From positions 27,043 to 91,042 of the IMG/VR virus record IMGVR_UViG_3300029787_005266: 64,000 nucleotides of DNA; one strand, given 5' to 3'. The stretch's first letter is position 1. Each line of letters starts with the position of its first letter. The translations under genes were made by a program, and so were the position numbers. This document shows, piece after piece, positions 29,733 through 39,252 of the stretch. Below the pieces are notes generated by a model, which was not told the origin of the DNA, did no database searches, and saw only the letters and a program-made list of their open reading frames with translations. Source of the stretch: a virus.

Positions 29733-32700
29733 ATGTATGACAGATATACATTCGAAGGACAAATTACGCAACATAAATCCAACACAGAATGGTATTGGCT
29801 CACAGACAGTCGAGTAGATTATTCTAATTTTAATTTTGATTATGATCCTCCCGATTGGGAAAAACAATTTATACATGCTTTTGGAGATCAACACTCTGTG
29901 CATGGCGGAACCTATCTGGTGCACATCAATCATAATAATGAAACAGACTTTAAATTTGTACCGCAAACAGTAACAAGAAATCAAGCATTTGATGTTTTTA
30001 CTGATACACATGAAATAGACTTTCAATCGGAAACATCAACTGAATGGTATTGGGTGACCAGTCCATTTAATGATTACGTCAATTTTGATTTTACATGGCA
30101 TCCTGCATTATGGGAGAAAAATTTTGTTCATGTTTTTCCTGATCAACACTGCACACATGGCGGCACTTACATTATCCATAAGGATTGTGACTTGGCAAAC
30201 ATTGAATACAAGTATCACAACTTTATCATCCAACGCACTGGATACAATCACCTTCATTGGAAAACTGATGACAGAAATTCATATGCTGGATTCGATTTTA
30301 CTTGGCATCCAGAACCATGGGAAGAAAAATATGTGCATTGTTTCGGCGATCAACATGCTGATGATTCACGCACATATTATGTTGCAGATGAAGTCGACTT
30401 TGCCAATGCAAGGAAATATTATCATCCTAAGACTGTAACATGTCACAAACCATTCCAAAGATTTCATGGTGTAAAAATACAGAACTGTATTACTGAAGAT
30501 GAATACTACTGGATAACCAGCGATGGCAATGATTACTCTAATTTTGATTTTACTTGGCATCCAGATGAATGGCAAAGCAAGTACGTTCATTGCTTCGGAG
30601 ATCAATACTCAGATGATGCTGGAACATACCTCGTGCATCGTGACACTGACATAAACAATGCCAGAACACAGTATCATCCAAATGCCATTACCCGTACAGA
30701 ATCATTTGAACAGTTTCATGTCAAAGGACTGCAAAAATGTGACACCAAACAAGATTGGTATTGGATTGTGGATGATGCAAATGATTACCAAAATTTTGAT
30801 TTCAAATGGCATCCAGAATCATGGAAGGGCAGATATGTCCACTGCTTCGGAGATCAACATTCTGACGATGCAAACACCTATCTAGTACCAAAAGACTGTG
30901 ATTTGGATAATGTCAAAGTAGAGTATCATAATCATGCTTTTCAACGTGTTAAACCATGGAATAGATTCAAAATAAGCGGTCTTAAGACGGTGTATTCGGA
31001 CACGGACTGGTACTGGATCATCTCCGATGAAAATGACTATACAGACTTCGATTTTACATGGCATCCAGAGAGTTGGCAAACCAAATATGTGCATTGTTTC
31101 GGTGATCAACATGCAGATGATTCCAACACATATCTGGTTCACAAAAGTCATGATATTACCAATATCAGATGGCAATATCACCCTGACACTGTTGTCAGAA
31201 CTGCTAAATTTGATATCATAGAATATGATGGAGAATTAAATCATCATGCAGAATCTGATACTGAATGGTATTGGTTAACAAGCAAAGAAAATGATTACTC
31301 TGATTTTGATTTCACATGGCATCCTGAAACAGCACAACGCAAATTTGTTCACGTGTTTGGAGATCAATTTTCAGAAACTTCAGGCACATATTTGATCAAT
31401 AAAGAATTGGATCCAAACGATTGTAGACAACAGTTCCATGAGAACAAAGTTGTACGCAAAACCACAGGCACAATACACAGATGTTCCAACATGATGCCTG
31501 ATGACGAAGGCACAAGATTGTTTTCAAACTTGTTTAATTTCATAAAACGAATAGCAAACAACAGTGATGAAAGAAACATTTGGATTACTGCTTCTATTGT
31601 AGATGATGCTAATTTTGATTACAAATGGCATCCTGCTGACTGGGAATCGAAGTATATTCATGTGTTCCACAATGAACAATCTGAATACGGATATGTAATG
31701 TGGGTGCCACTTGCTGAGTTCAAAAAGCAAATGGACACCTTGCAAAAATTAGAATGGTTCGATACAATAAAATATCATGCAACTGATTTGACCTATCATG
31801 ATCTTCCAGTGAACGAATATTCATTAGGCAAAGGCGCCGCCGAAAAGATACAACAACACACATTTACTCATCACTATGAATGGTTTGTGGAAGACAGTGT
31901 GCTCCAACAAAACTTGCCAAACTATTATCCTGCAAGATGGGACGAAGTCAACATCAATTGTTTTGGTACACATAAGCAAATGTTGTTAGTGCCACGTGAA
32001 GCAAAATCATTTGTAGTCGATCAAGTGTATGATTACCCTGCCATTGATACTCACCAACATAATATATCAACGCAACCTAATGACATAATTTTTATATCAT
32101 ATGATGAACCTATGGCTGATGAAAAATATGAACAACTCATAAAAAAATATCCAAGGGCCAAAAGGGTGCATGGGATAAAAGGTCAGACACAGGCTTATCA
32201 CAAAGCGGCAGAAACATCGAACACTGATTATTTTTTTGCTGTGTTCCCTAAGTTAGATATTCATCCTGACTTTGATTTTGAATATCAAGTTGATAGATTG
32301 CACAATCCCTGTCATTGGATTTTCAACAGTTTCAATCCAGTGAATGGTTTAAAATATGGTCATGAAGGTATAATTCTTTACAATAAAAATCTAGTGCTGG
32401 AAACGACAGATCCTGGAATAGACTTCACAATGTCCAAGGCACATGATTTTGAAGACATTATGAGTACCACAATGCTGTTCAATCAAGATCCATGGTTAGC
32501 ATGGAGAACTGCTTTCCGTGAAGTGGTTAAACTGAATTACTTTAATAGTCAAAAACCTGACAAGATTACACAGGAACGTTTACAGATTTGGTGTACAGTG
32601 GCGGAAGGTGAAAACAGCGAGTGGGTATTGCAAGGAGCGAATGACGGTCAAAAGTTTTTCGAAAGTGGTCAAGATCTAAAATTAAGTTATGATTTTGAAT

Positions 32701-32735
32701 GGTTGAAGAATCAGTTTAATAAGGTTTCCATTTAA
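29733..32735 (+). CDS. 1000-aa protein with ~8-9 W/F/H-rich repeats and a C-terminal GT2-like domain
   Basis: Repeat WYW..S..NDY..FDFTWHP..W..KYVHCFGDQ; C-terminal DIIFISYDEP...RVHGIKG...NGLKYGHEG...AWRTAFREVVK is homologous to 18134. Confidence 0.7.
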   Translation: MYDRYTFEGQITQHKSNTEWYWLTDSRVDYSNFNFDYDPPDWEKQFIHAFGDQHSVHGGTYLVHINHNNETDFKFVPQTVTRNQAFDVFTDTHEIDFQSETSTEWYWVTSPFNDYVNFDFTWHPALWEKNFVHVFPDQHCTHGGTYIIHKDCDLANIEYKYHNFIIQRTGYNHLHWKTDDRNSYAGFDFTWHPEPWEEKYVHCFGDQHADDSRTYYVADEVDFANARKYYHPKTVTCHKPFQRFHGVKIQNCITEDEYYWITSDGNDYSNFDFTWHPDEWQSKYVHCFGDQYSDDAGTYLVHRDTDINNARTQYHPNAITRTESFEQFHVKGLQKCDTKQDWYWIVDDANDYQNFDFKWHPESWKGRYVHCFGDQHSDDANTYLVPKDCDLDNVKVEYHNHAFQRVKPWNRFKISGLKTVYSDTDWYWIISDENDYTDFDFTWHPESWQTKYVHCFGDQHADDSNTYLVHKSHDITNIRWQYHPDTVVRTAKFDIIEYDGELNHHAESDTEWYWLTSKENDYSDFDFTWHPETAQRKFVHVFGDQFSETSGTYLINKELDPNDCRQQFHENKVVRKTTGTIHRCSNMMPDDEGTRLFSNLFNFIKRIANNSDERNIWITASIVDDANFDYKWHPADWESKYIHVFHNEQSEYGYVMWVPLAEFKKQMDTLQKLEWFDTIKYHATDLTYHDLPVNEYSLGKGAAEKIQQHTFTHHYEWFVEDSVLQQNLPNYYPARWDEVNINCFGTHKQMLLVPREAKSFVVDQVYDYPAIDTHQHNISTQPNDIIFISYDEPMADEKYEQLIKKYPRAKRVHGIKGQTQAYHKAAETSNTDYFFAVFPKLDIHPDFDFEYQVDRLHNPCHWIFNSFNPVNGLKYGHEGIILYNKNLVLETTDPGIDFTMSKAHDFEDIMSTTMLFNQDPWLAWRTAFREVVKLNYFNSQKPDKITQERLQIWCTVAEGENSEWVLQGANDGQKFFESGQDLKLSYDFEWLKNQFNKVSI
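29787..31720 (+). repeat. Eight ~75-100 aa intragenic tandem repeats
   Basis: Recurrent TTTGATTTTACWTGGCATCC-like and TTYGGNGATCAA DNA cores at ~240 bp spacing. Confidence 0.85.
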
Positions 32736-33921
32736 GTTCTAGTTTTTCTAACCAACTATTTCCTGCATGTTTGGCTTCATCAACTAATAATGTTATAGTG
32801 TGATCAAACGCATCCAAAAATCCTACGTCAAATGGTCTTGGTTTAATCCCAGGGCCTGACAGATGTTTTTTCACAATATCTTCAATCGAATCTTTTTTGA
32901 CGTTTCCGATGATATATCTGTCACTGCCTGGTCTGTCAAGAAATCCACTTTCATGATACACATACTGATTACCTAGACTATCCACAGCAGACGCCACTTG
33001 TGGAAAGCCATACCCGTCCATTTGTTCATAGTTTGCCATTTTGATTGGTCCGTCAATCAATCCATGTCTTACAGGATGTAATGCATAACCATAATCAATG
33101 TGTAGATGTTTCATGTCATCGTCGTTTGCACATTCTTCTTCAACTTCTAGAAATATATTGTGTAATGTGCTTCTCTCTACATTAGAAATATAATTGTTAC
33201 TCTGGCTAAAATCTTCCCGTAGTGTTATGAATGATATTTTGTAGTCACTGACTGCATTTATTTGTTTGATCATACGGAAAACTTTTTTTAGATCATTGCT
33301 GTGTCCGGGCAATATTATCCAGTTGACTCCTAGTCGTAAAGGTTTGTCTGACTCTGACATACGTTTACAAAAATTCTGTAAGTTTTTTACAACCATTTTA
33401 TGTGACTTATTATTTTTTGTGACTGAATAATAACTTTGATCATCGTATCCATAGAGACTTACACGCATCACTTCTAGGTCTAAGATACCAATCTGTTTAT
33501 CTACAAAGTTTTCTGTTAATGCGTAACCGTTGGTGTACAGTTGCATTTTAAATCCTTTTGAATTTCCGTAACGAATAATCTCCCCAATGTGTGGGTTTGT
33601 CAAAGGTTCTAATCCTCCACTTATTCTGAATCGGTCTTGCCAATTTTTGTCTGACTTAGGATCCTGATCAATAATGCTTTTGAAAACATCCAAACTGTCA
33701 TCAGCAATAGATCTTTCATATTTTGCATCATAGTTTCTTCCGCAAAAAGTACAAAAGAATTGACAGTTAAGGCCTGGATATAATCCTATTCGGTTAGGAT
33801 ATTTGTAAGTGTTGTTTACTGCATGTGACAGAGAACCATTGGCTAACAACGGTAATATTGTGTTGTTCCAGTATTTGTTTGCTTGATCTTCGCCTTTGGT
33901 ATGTTTATACCCTAATCTCAT
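32716..33921 (-). CDS. desII: DesII-like radical SAM NDP-4-amino-4,6-dideoxyhexose deaminase (ammonia-lyase)
   Basis: Colinear with DesII motifs as I recall them: YWxNTxLPL, GLYPGxxCxFxCxFC, SGGLEPLTNP, YTNxxALTE, RxSLYG, REDF/YS, LHIDYGYAL, PQVA..VD.LG, RYIxG, DxFD. Confidence 0.85.
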   Translation of the reverse strand: MRLGYKHTKGEDQANKYWNNTILPLLANGSLSHAVNNTYKYPNRIGLYPGLNCQFFCTFCGRNYDAKYERSIADDSLDVFKSIIDQDPKSDKNWQDRFRISGGLEPLTNPHIGEIIRYGNSKGFKMQLYTNGYALTENFVDKQIGILDLEVMRVSLYGYDDQSYYSVTKNNKSHKMVVKNLQNFCKRMSESDKPLRLGVNWIILPGHSNDLKKVFRMIKQINAVSDYKISFITLREDFSQSNNYISNVERSTLHNIFLEVEEECANDDDMKHLHIDYGYALHPVRHGLIDGPIKMANYEQMDGYGFPQVASAVDSLGNQYVYHESGFLDRPGSDRYIIGNVKKDSIEDIVKKHLSGPGIKPRPFDVGFLDAFDHTITLLVDEAKHAGNSWLEKLELKWKPY

Positions 33922-35050
33922 TGTGATAGAATTCCTTAACCTTTTGTATTATATAATCCTGTTGATCTGTGTCTAGGTGTTGACTTGAAGGCAAACTCAC
34001 AATGTGTTTGCTAACTTGCTCGGTGATAGGTAAAGGATGCCGTACGCCATTATGGTAAGGTTCAAACACATGACAAGGATGTCTGAAGTGTATGTTTGTG
34101 TAAATTTCTTGGTCTTTAAGCCACTGCATTAATTCGTCACGTCTTTCTACTTGGATATTATAAACGTAGAAAGTCATCTTGCTCCATGGCACTTCAGGCA
34201 ATGTTTTTATTATGCCTTTCACATCTTTGAATGCATCATTATATTTTCTGCAAATTTCTTGTTTCTTATTCATCCATTTATCTACATAAGGAAGTTTTGC
34301 ACACAACACAGCCGCTTGAATATTATCTATCCTTGTGTTGTAACCAATTTTTTCATATTCGAATCTAACACGTCTTCCATGATCTCTATACATTTTGCAT
34401 TCTTCGATTAAATCTTTCCTCCCCATAACACAGCCAGCATCACCTATGGCCCCTAAATTTTTCACTGGATTAAAACTTACACAAGCAAGATCCACTCCTT
34501 TGACAGCACCTAATTTGGTTCCTAAATAATCTGAACCAAATGCTTGAGCGGCATCTTCGATCAAATACAAATTGTGTTTGTTTTTTATTTCGATAATTTT
34601 GTTTATGTCTGGTGATTGTCCATATATGTCTACAAACAGAATTGCTTTTGTTTTGTCTGTTATAGCATGTTCAATTTTGTCTATGTCTATGTGATAGTAA
34701 TCATCGATGTCAACAAACACAGGAGATGCACCAACTACTGCAATAGATTCTGGAGTACTAACGAATGTATGACTAGGAACTATGACTTCATCGCCTGGTC
34801 CTATACCGCAGGCCTTCAAAGCAATAATCAATGCCATTGTACCACTTCCACATGACGCAACTGATTCACAACCTATGTAGTCCATAATCATTTGTTCTAA
34901 TGTGTCTCGATATCCTGTGGTAGTTCCAAACACTGCATTGCCAGTAATGAAATTGTTTGTGTCTAATACTTCTTGTATTGCTTGATCAATATCGTGTTTG
35001 CATTCTTGATATTGTGATTGTAAATCTGTAAATTCTATAGGTAACTTCAT
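33905..35050 (-). CDS. DegT/DnrJ/EryC1/StrS PLP sugar aminotransferase (DesI-like by context)
   Basis: SGTMAL, GPGDEVIVP, IEDAAQAFG, SFNPVKNLG (PLP Lys), GDAG, SLP. Confidence 0.9.
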   Translation of the reverse strand: MKLPIEFTDLQSQYQECKHDIDQAIQEVLDTNNFITGNAVFGTTTGYRDTLEQMIMDYIGCESVASCGSGTMALIIALKACGIGPGDEVIVPSHTFVSTPESIAVVGASPVFVDIDDYYHIDIDKIEHAITDKTKAILFVDIYGQSPDINKIIEIKNKHNLYLIEDAAQAFGSDYLGTKLGAVKGVDLACVSFNPVKNLGAIGDAGCVMGRKDLIEECKMYRDHGRRVRFEYEKIGYNTRIDNIQAAVLCAKLPYVDKWMNKKQEICRKYNDAFKDVKGIIKTLPEVPWSKMTFYVYNIQVERRDELMQWLKDQEIYTNIHFRHPCHVFEPYHNGVRHPLPITEQVSKHIVSLPSSQHLDTDQQDYIIQKVKEFYHNEIRV

Positions 35051-35964
35051 AATATTGTATCGTGATTAATGTCTTCTAATGCTTGTTTCAAATCAAACTT
35101 ACTGGAATATCCAATTGATTTAAGTTTTGTTATATTTAATGCTCCGCGATTGGGAAAATATTTCTCTCTGTTTACAGGTAAAACTTTGCTCTTACTATTG
35201 TAAAAATTAACCACAGACTCTGCAATTTCTTTTATGGTGAATGTTTGTTCACTGCTGATATTGAATGTTTCATTTTTTACAGTATCCTTTAATGTTAAAG
35301 TTACTGCTTCTATCAGGTCTTTCACATATGTTATATCTGTTGTAGAATCTTGTGCATAAAATATGTCTTGATCTTGTAATGCTGATTTAATAAATTTAGG
35401 CATAAGTCTGTCTGCAATATCGTAATCCCCAAACACACAAATTGGTCTAAAAATAACATAATCAACAGTATCTCTTGTAATTGCTTTTAACAGTTTTTCT
35501 TGTGTAAGTTTTAAACTACCATACAAATTTATAGGTGAACACAAACTGTTTTCATCTGCATCATCTTGATAATTTCCATACACATTTGAACTGCTGAACA
35601 ATATGTATTTTTTTGGTTTGTACGAAAAAGTGTTTACCAGTCCGGTGATCATTGTCTCTGATGCCACAGTCGGATATTGTTCAACTAAACTTACTCTTGG
35701 ATACGATGCAAGATTTATTACAACATCTGGTTGGAAGTCTGTATACAATGAATCAATTTTACTTCTTTCAAGTATTGATCCATTAATAGTGTTGACGTTA
35801 TTCCAATTTTTGATTCTTGAACTGATAATTTTTTGTTTGATAGTTTCGTTCTCAATACCAAATAAAGTAAAATTATCGTAGACGCAAATTTGGTGATCCT
35901 CTTGCAAATGGTTTACTAGGTGGTGCCCGATAAATCCAGCACCACCAAATATAAGGATCTTCAT
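35047..35964 (-). CDS. Extended SDR NAD-dependent sugar epimerase/dehydratase
   Basis: GGAGFIG, SSSNVYG, YGSLK (YxxxK). Confidence 0.85.
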   Translation of the reverse strand: MKILIFGGAGFIGHHLVNHLQEDHQICVYDNFTLFGIENETIKQKIISSRIKNWNNVNTINGSILERSKIDSLYTDFQPDVVINLASYPRVSLVEQYPTVASETMITGLVNTFSYKPKKYILFSSSNVYGNYQDDADENSLCSPINLYGSLKLTQEKLLKAITRDTVDYVIFRPICVFGDYDIADRLMPKFIKSALQDQDIFYAQDSTTDITYVKDLIEAVTLTLKDTVKNETFNISSEQTFTIKEIAESVVNFYNSKSKVLPVNREKYFPNRGALNITKLKSIGYSSKFDLKQALEDINHDTIL

Positions 35965-35970
35965 TACGGA

Positions 35971-36558
35971 TTACTCCGCGGACTTCTTAGGTCGTCCTTT
36001 TTTAGGTCTTAGTTCAGGATCAAGTTCATATGCTCTTTCCCTCATAGCCAACATTTGTTCTTCTAGTTTGTTTGCTCTATTGATCATCAATTTTGCTTCT
36101 GTCTTTCTAGAATCACCTTGTTCGTTTGTGTCAGCCTGTATTGCAAGACCTTCTACTCTAACACCTTTTTGTTCTGCAATCAATTCATTCAATTTGTCCA
36201 ATTGAATTGCATCAGCACCTTCTTCTGTCACTAACACATTTTCAGTTGATTGTTTAATCAACAATCCTTTGTTGTGTAAATGCTCAAGTACTGAAATGCC
36301 TTGAATTGAGTTGGCTGCCGATGCTTCATTTGGATCTAATGAATCTTCTAATGGCATCTTCATTCTTCCAAGTATATGTGCAAACTCAAATGCGTTTTGT
36401 CCATCATTGGATTCCAATAATCCCATCACTTGATCCTCTTCGAATGGTCTAAGTGCATCCTTATCGATCACTAATGAAGACATTGGATCACCTGGTAAAG
36501 TTCTATTGATTACAATCACTTTATTTCCAGTGGATTTTAATTGTCCTATGTGTTTCAT
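35971..36558 (-). CDS. Hypothetical protein
   Basis: 195-aa ORF with basic tail KKGRPKK. Confidence 0.6.
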   Translation of the reverse strand: MKHIGQLKSTGNKVIVINRTLPGDPMSSLVIDKDALRPFEEDQVMGLLESNDGQNAFEFAHILGRMKMPLEDSLDPNEASAANSIQGISVLEHLHNKGLLIKQSTENVLVTEEGADAIQLDKLNELIAEQKGVRVEGLAIQADTNEQGDSRKTEAKLMINRANKLEEQMLAMRERAYELDPELRPKKGRPKKSAE

Positions 36559-36843
36559 TTATTCTCCTTCCGCAGGTGCGTCAGTCTCTGCTGGTGCTTC
36601 TGCTGGTTGTTGTTCCGCTTCTTTGGCATCTACGCCTTTTAAGAAAGCATCCAACTTATCAAATACTGCTCCAACAGTTCCTAGTTCAGGACCTTTGAAT
36701 GAACCTCGTTGTGATGAGATATCGATAATTGTTCTTAAGTTTCTCAAATCGGCCACAGTCAGTGCGGGTGCTTCTGCTTGTGGTGTAGTAACTGTACCAT
36801 CTTGTGGAACAGTTGCTTCTTCTGTTTTTGTTTCTTCTGACAT
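36559..36843 (-). CDS. Hypothetical acidic protein
   Basis: Strong SD AAGGAG; L.V.DL....IID....RG.F...E...VG core. Confidence 0.65.
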   Translation of the reverse strand: MSEETKTEEATVPQDGTVTTPQAEAPALTVADLRNLRTIIDISSQRGSFKGPELGTVGAVFDKLDAFLKGVDAKEAEQQPAEAPAETDAPAEGE

Positions 36844-36873
36844 TAGTGTCTCCTTATATTATAATATATGTAC

Positions 36874-36903
36874 ATTATAATTTATCTAAGGAGCGATTGT
36901 CAA
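36874..36903 (-). promoter_or_regulatory. Sigma70-type promoter TTGACA-18-TATAAT
   Basis: TGTCAA at 36898-36903 and ATTATA at 36874-36879; could drive transcription through the SDR-DegT-DesII cassette. Confidence 0.7.
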
Positions 36904-38087
36904 GAATAATAAACGGTTTGCCCAAAAGGTGGTTTTACATGATCACCACTGTGTATGACCCAAAGTGTATCACAATGATCTGGATCACCCCATTGGTCCC
37001 AAGTTTCTCCATCAGTGAAAACCACTAGCATGGATGGACGTATTTCTTCATCTTGCATGTATTTCCAATTGACTGAAATATCAGTACCACCATATCCAGC
37101 GGGTTGGTAATCTTCAAGTTCTTTGCCATCCCATGTTTCAAATGTTTCATCAGCATGTACGTCTGTATCAAAACACCATACTCTGATTTTGTAATCATCA
37201 AATTCATCTTTGATGCCATTTATTTCACCTAAGAAATCTTGCAACATCTTATTATCAATTGAGCCTGATGTGTCAATAGCAACATGAACGTCAAGTTCAT
37301 TGTCTACATCTAGTCCAGGTAAAACTGCATTTGTGGAATACATTTTTCTAGATGGTCGTGTCCATGTGTAATTGTTTTTGATCTGACTTTTGATAGAAGT
37401 TCTAAGCATCTGTCTCCAGTCTAGTTTTGGAGAAGTAATGTCTGTAATCAATCTTTCAAGTCCTGCAGGAACATTACCAGCACCTGATGATTCAGCCGCC
37501 TTGGCTGATTGTATCAGACTGTTTTTAATTTCATCTTTTAGTTGATCTTGTTCAGCCTTGCTCATGCCTTCACCAATTTTTATAGTTTGTTTTGTGCCGT
37601 CTTTATTTTCAATGGTTGCTTCACCCTTATCTAGATCTAGATGTACATCTAAAGTTTTCTGTTGTTTTTGATAATCACTTAATTTTTCATAAATTTGTTC
37701 TGCACTCAAACCGTCATACTGTGGATCATATAATGGAGCCAAATCGCCTGTAGGTGGTCTGCCAATATTTTCATTAATGATAAGAGTGTTAATCGCATAA
37801 TCGGCCGCAACATTCCATCCCTGTGGATCTCGTTCACCTCTTCTTAGCATGTGTTCAAATGCAACATGAAGCACTTCATGACAAATCAAAAATTCAACTT
37901 GTTTTACATCTAATTTATTGATAAAGTCTGCATTGTAATATAAATGTTTTCCATCAGTGGCCGCAGTTGGTAAGCCTGGAGTTTCTTTCAATACCAACCT
38001 TGTAGCCATGTTGCCAAAGAAAGGTTTCTTCAACAACAATGATATTCTGGCTGTGACCAGTTTTTCTTCTACTGCTGACTTATGCAT
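36900..38087 (-). CDS. Metallopeptidase-like (HExxH) plus VWA-like domain protein (DUF2201 type)
   Basis: TAATDG, HEVLH, WNVAADYAIN, IDTSGS (MIDAS), GGTD, FTDG. Confidence 0.85.
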   Translation of the reverse strand: MHKSAVEEKLVTARISLLLKKPFFGNMATRLVLKETPGLPTAATDGKHLYYNADFINKLDVKQVEFLICHEVLHVAFEHMLRRGERDPQGWNVAADYAINTLIINENIGRPPTGDLAPLYDPQYDGLSAEQIYEKLSDYQKQQKTLDVHLDLDKGEATIENKDGTKQTIKIGEGMSKAEQDQLKDEIKNSLIQSAKAAESSGAGNVPAGLERLITDITSPKLDWRQMLRTSIKSQIKNNYTWTRPSRKMYSTNAVLPGLDVDNELDVHVAIDTSGSIDNKMLQDFLGEINGIKDEFDDYKIRVWCFDTDVHADETFETWDGKELEDYQPAGYGGTDISVNWKYMQDEEIRPSMLVVFTDGETWDQWGDPDHCDTLWVIHSGDHVKPPFGQTVYYS

Positions 38088-39165
38088 TTTCCATACTCGC
38101 TACAACATACTTGCCAAATTGTTTATGAAACTTAGTAAACGATTTTAATTTACTAGGCTTCATTGGCAGTTTATAAGTTGATAAAGCAATCTTGGCACCC
38201 ATCACTGTAAGTTCAGTGTCAAAGTTGTCCATCATAAAGTTTAAGAAGCAGTCTGCTTTCTTATCAAAGTCTTTGTCTTTTTTATCGGCTGACTCTTTAA
38301 GTTCATAACACATACTCACTGCCAGTGAATATTGTCCACTTACTTCAGTTTTCTTCTTCATTTCTTTTACTTTACCACTTAGTATGTCTGTAGGATTAGG
38401 AAGGTCTGACGCAATTTTACGATGAGCCATAAATTTGATTGCCAAACCTTCCCCTACTGCACCTGCTACGAGATCGGTGAGTGATGTCTCAGGCAGGGAT
38501 TCTGTAAGTAGTTGACTCACGAATGCCCATGTTCTAGGAGTAGCAAACGCCTTACTAGAACCTTTAGGATCGAAGTCATACAAATCTTGTTTTGTAAATG
38601 TAATATAACCTACAACATCCGGATGAATGTTATGTAGAGTTGCCCATTCAAACCAATCTTCAAAATCAACTTTCATTTCCAAGTGTACAAATCTATTAGA
38701 CAACGGAGCAGGCATTCTAAATGTTACGCCTCTGTCTGTCTCTCTATTACCAGCCGCTACAATTGACACTCCTTCTGGTAATTTGTAAGCACCAACCTGT
38801 CTGTTTAGTATAAGTTGATAAGCCGCCGCCTGTACTGCCGGAGGTGCCGCATTGATCTCATCTAAGAATAAAATTGCAGTACTCTTAGGATCACTTGGTA
38901 ATTCAATTGGTGGTGCCCACTCCATCAAGTTGGATTTTGAATTGTAAAATGGAATACCTTTAATATCTGTTGGCTCCCACAATGGAAGTCTTATATCAAT
39001 TACTTCACGTTTTTCAATCTCACCAATTTGTTTTACAATGTCGGATTTACCAATACCAGGTGCACCCCATACCATGCATGGTCTCTTAAGATCAATACAA
39101 TGTTTTAAGGCTGTAATAACCTGGGTTGGTCCAATCTGTCTTGTTGTTTCTACTGTTTTGCTCAT
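38080..39165 (-). CDS. MoxR-like AAA+ ATPase
   Basis: GAPGIGKS Walker A, LFLDE Walker B, AAGN, NRF, TPRTW. Confidence 0.9.
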   Translation of the reverse strand: MSKTVETTRQIGPTQVITALKHCIDLKRPCMVWGAPGIGKSDIVKQIGEIEKREVIDIRLPLWEPTDIKGIPFYNSKSNLMEWAPPIELPSDPKSTAILFLDEINAAPPAVQAAAYQLILNRQVGAYKLPEGVSIVAAGNRETDRGVTFRMPAPLSNRFVHLEMKVDFEDWFEWATLHNIHPDVVGYITFTKQDLYDFDPKGSSKAFATPRTWAFVSQLLTESLPETSLTDLVAGAVGEGLAIKFMAHRKIASDLPNPTDILSGKVKEMKKKTEVSGQYSLAVSMCYELKESADKKDKDFDKKADCFLNFMMDNFDTELTVMGAKIALSTYKLPMKPSKLKSFTKFHKQFGKYVVASMENA

Positions 39166-39196
39166 CTGCTCACCTTTGTTAAGTTAATATAGTTCT

Positions 39197-39224
39197 ATTA
39201 TAATACCAAACAAGAGAGAGTCAA
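39197..39224 (-). promoter_or_regulatory. Sigma70-type promoter TTGACT-16-TATAAT
   Basis: AGTCAA at 39219-39224 and ATTATA at 39197-39202, upstream of the AAA ATPase. Confidence 0.65.
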
Positions 39225-39252
39225 CCGAATAAAAACCAATTAGATCAACAAC

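Noticed and set aside
29787-31720. Regularly spaced DNA repeats resembling a CRISPR array
   Set aside because: They are degenerate, in-frame and ~240 bp apart, and are explained by protein repeats; no cas genes are present.
16220-35964. Bacterial secondary-metabolite or LPS cluster (contaminating or misassembled host DNA)
   Set aside because: It is seamlessly linked to phage genes on both sides with the same promoter style and similar composition, and has no transporters, PKS/NRPS or mobile-element ends. Read mapping would be decisive.
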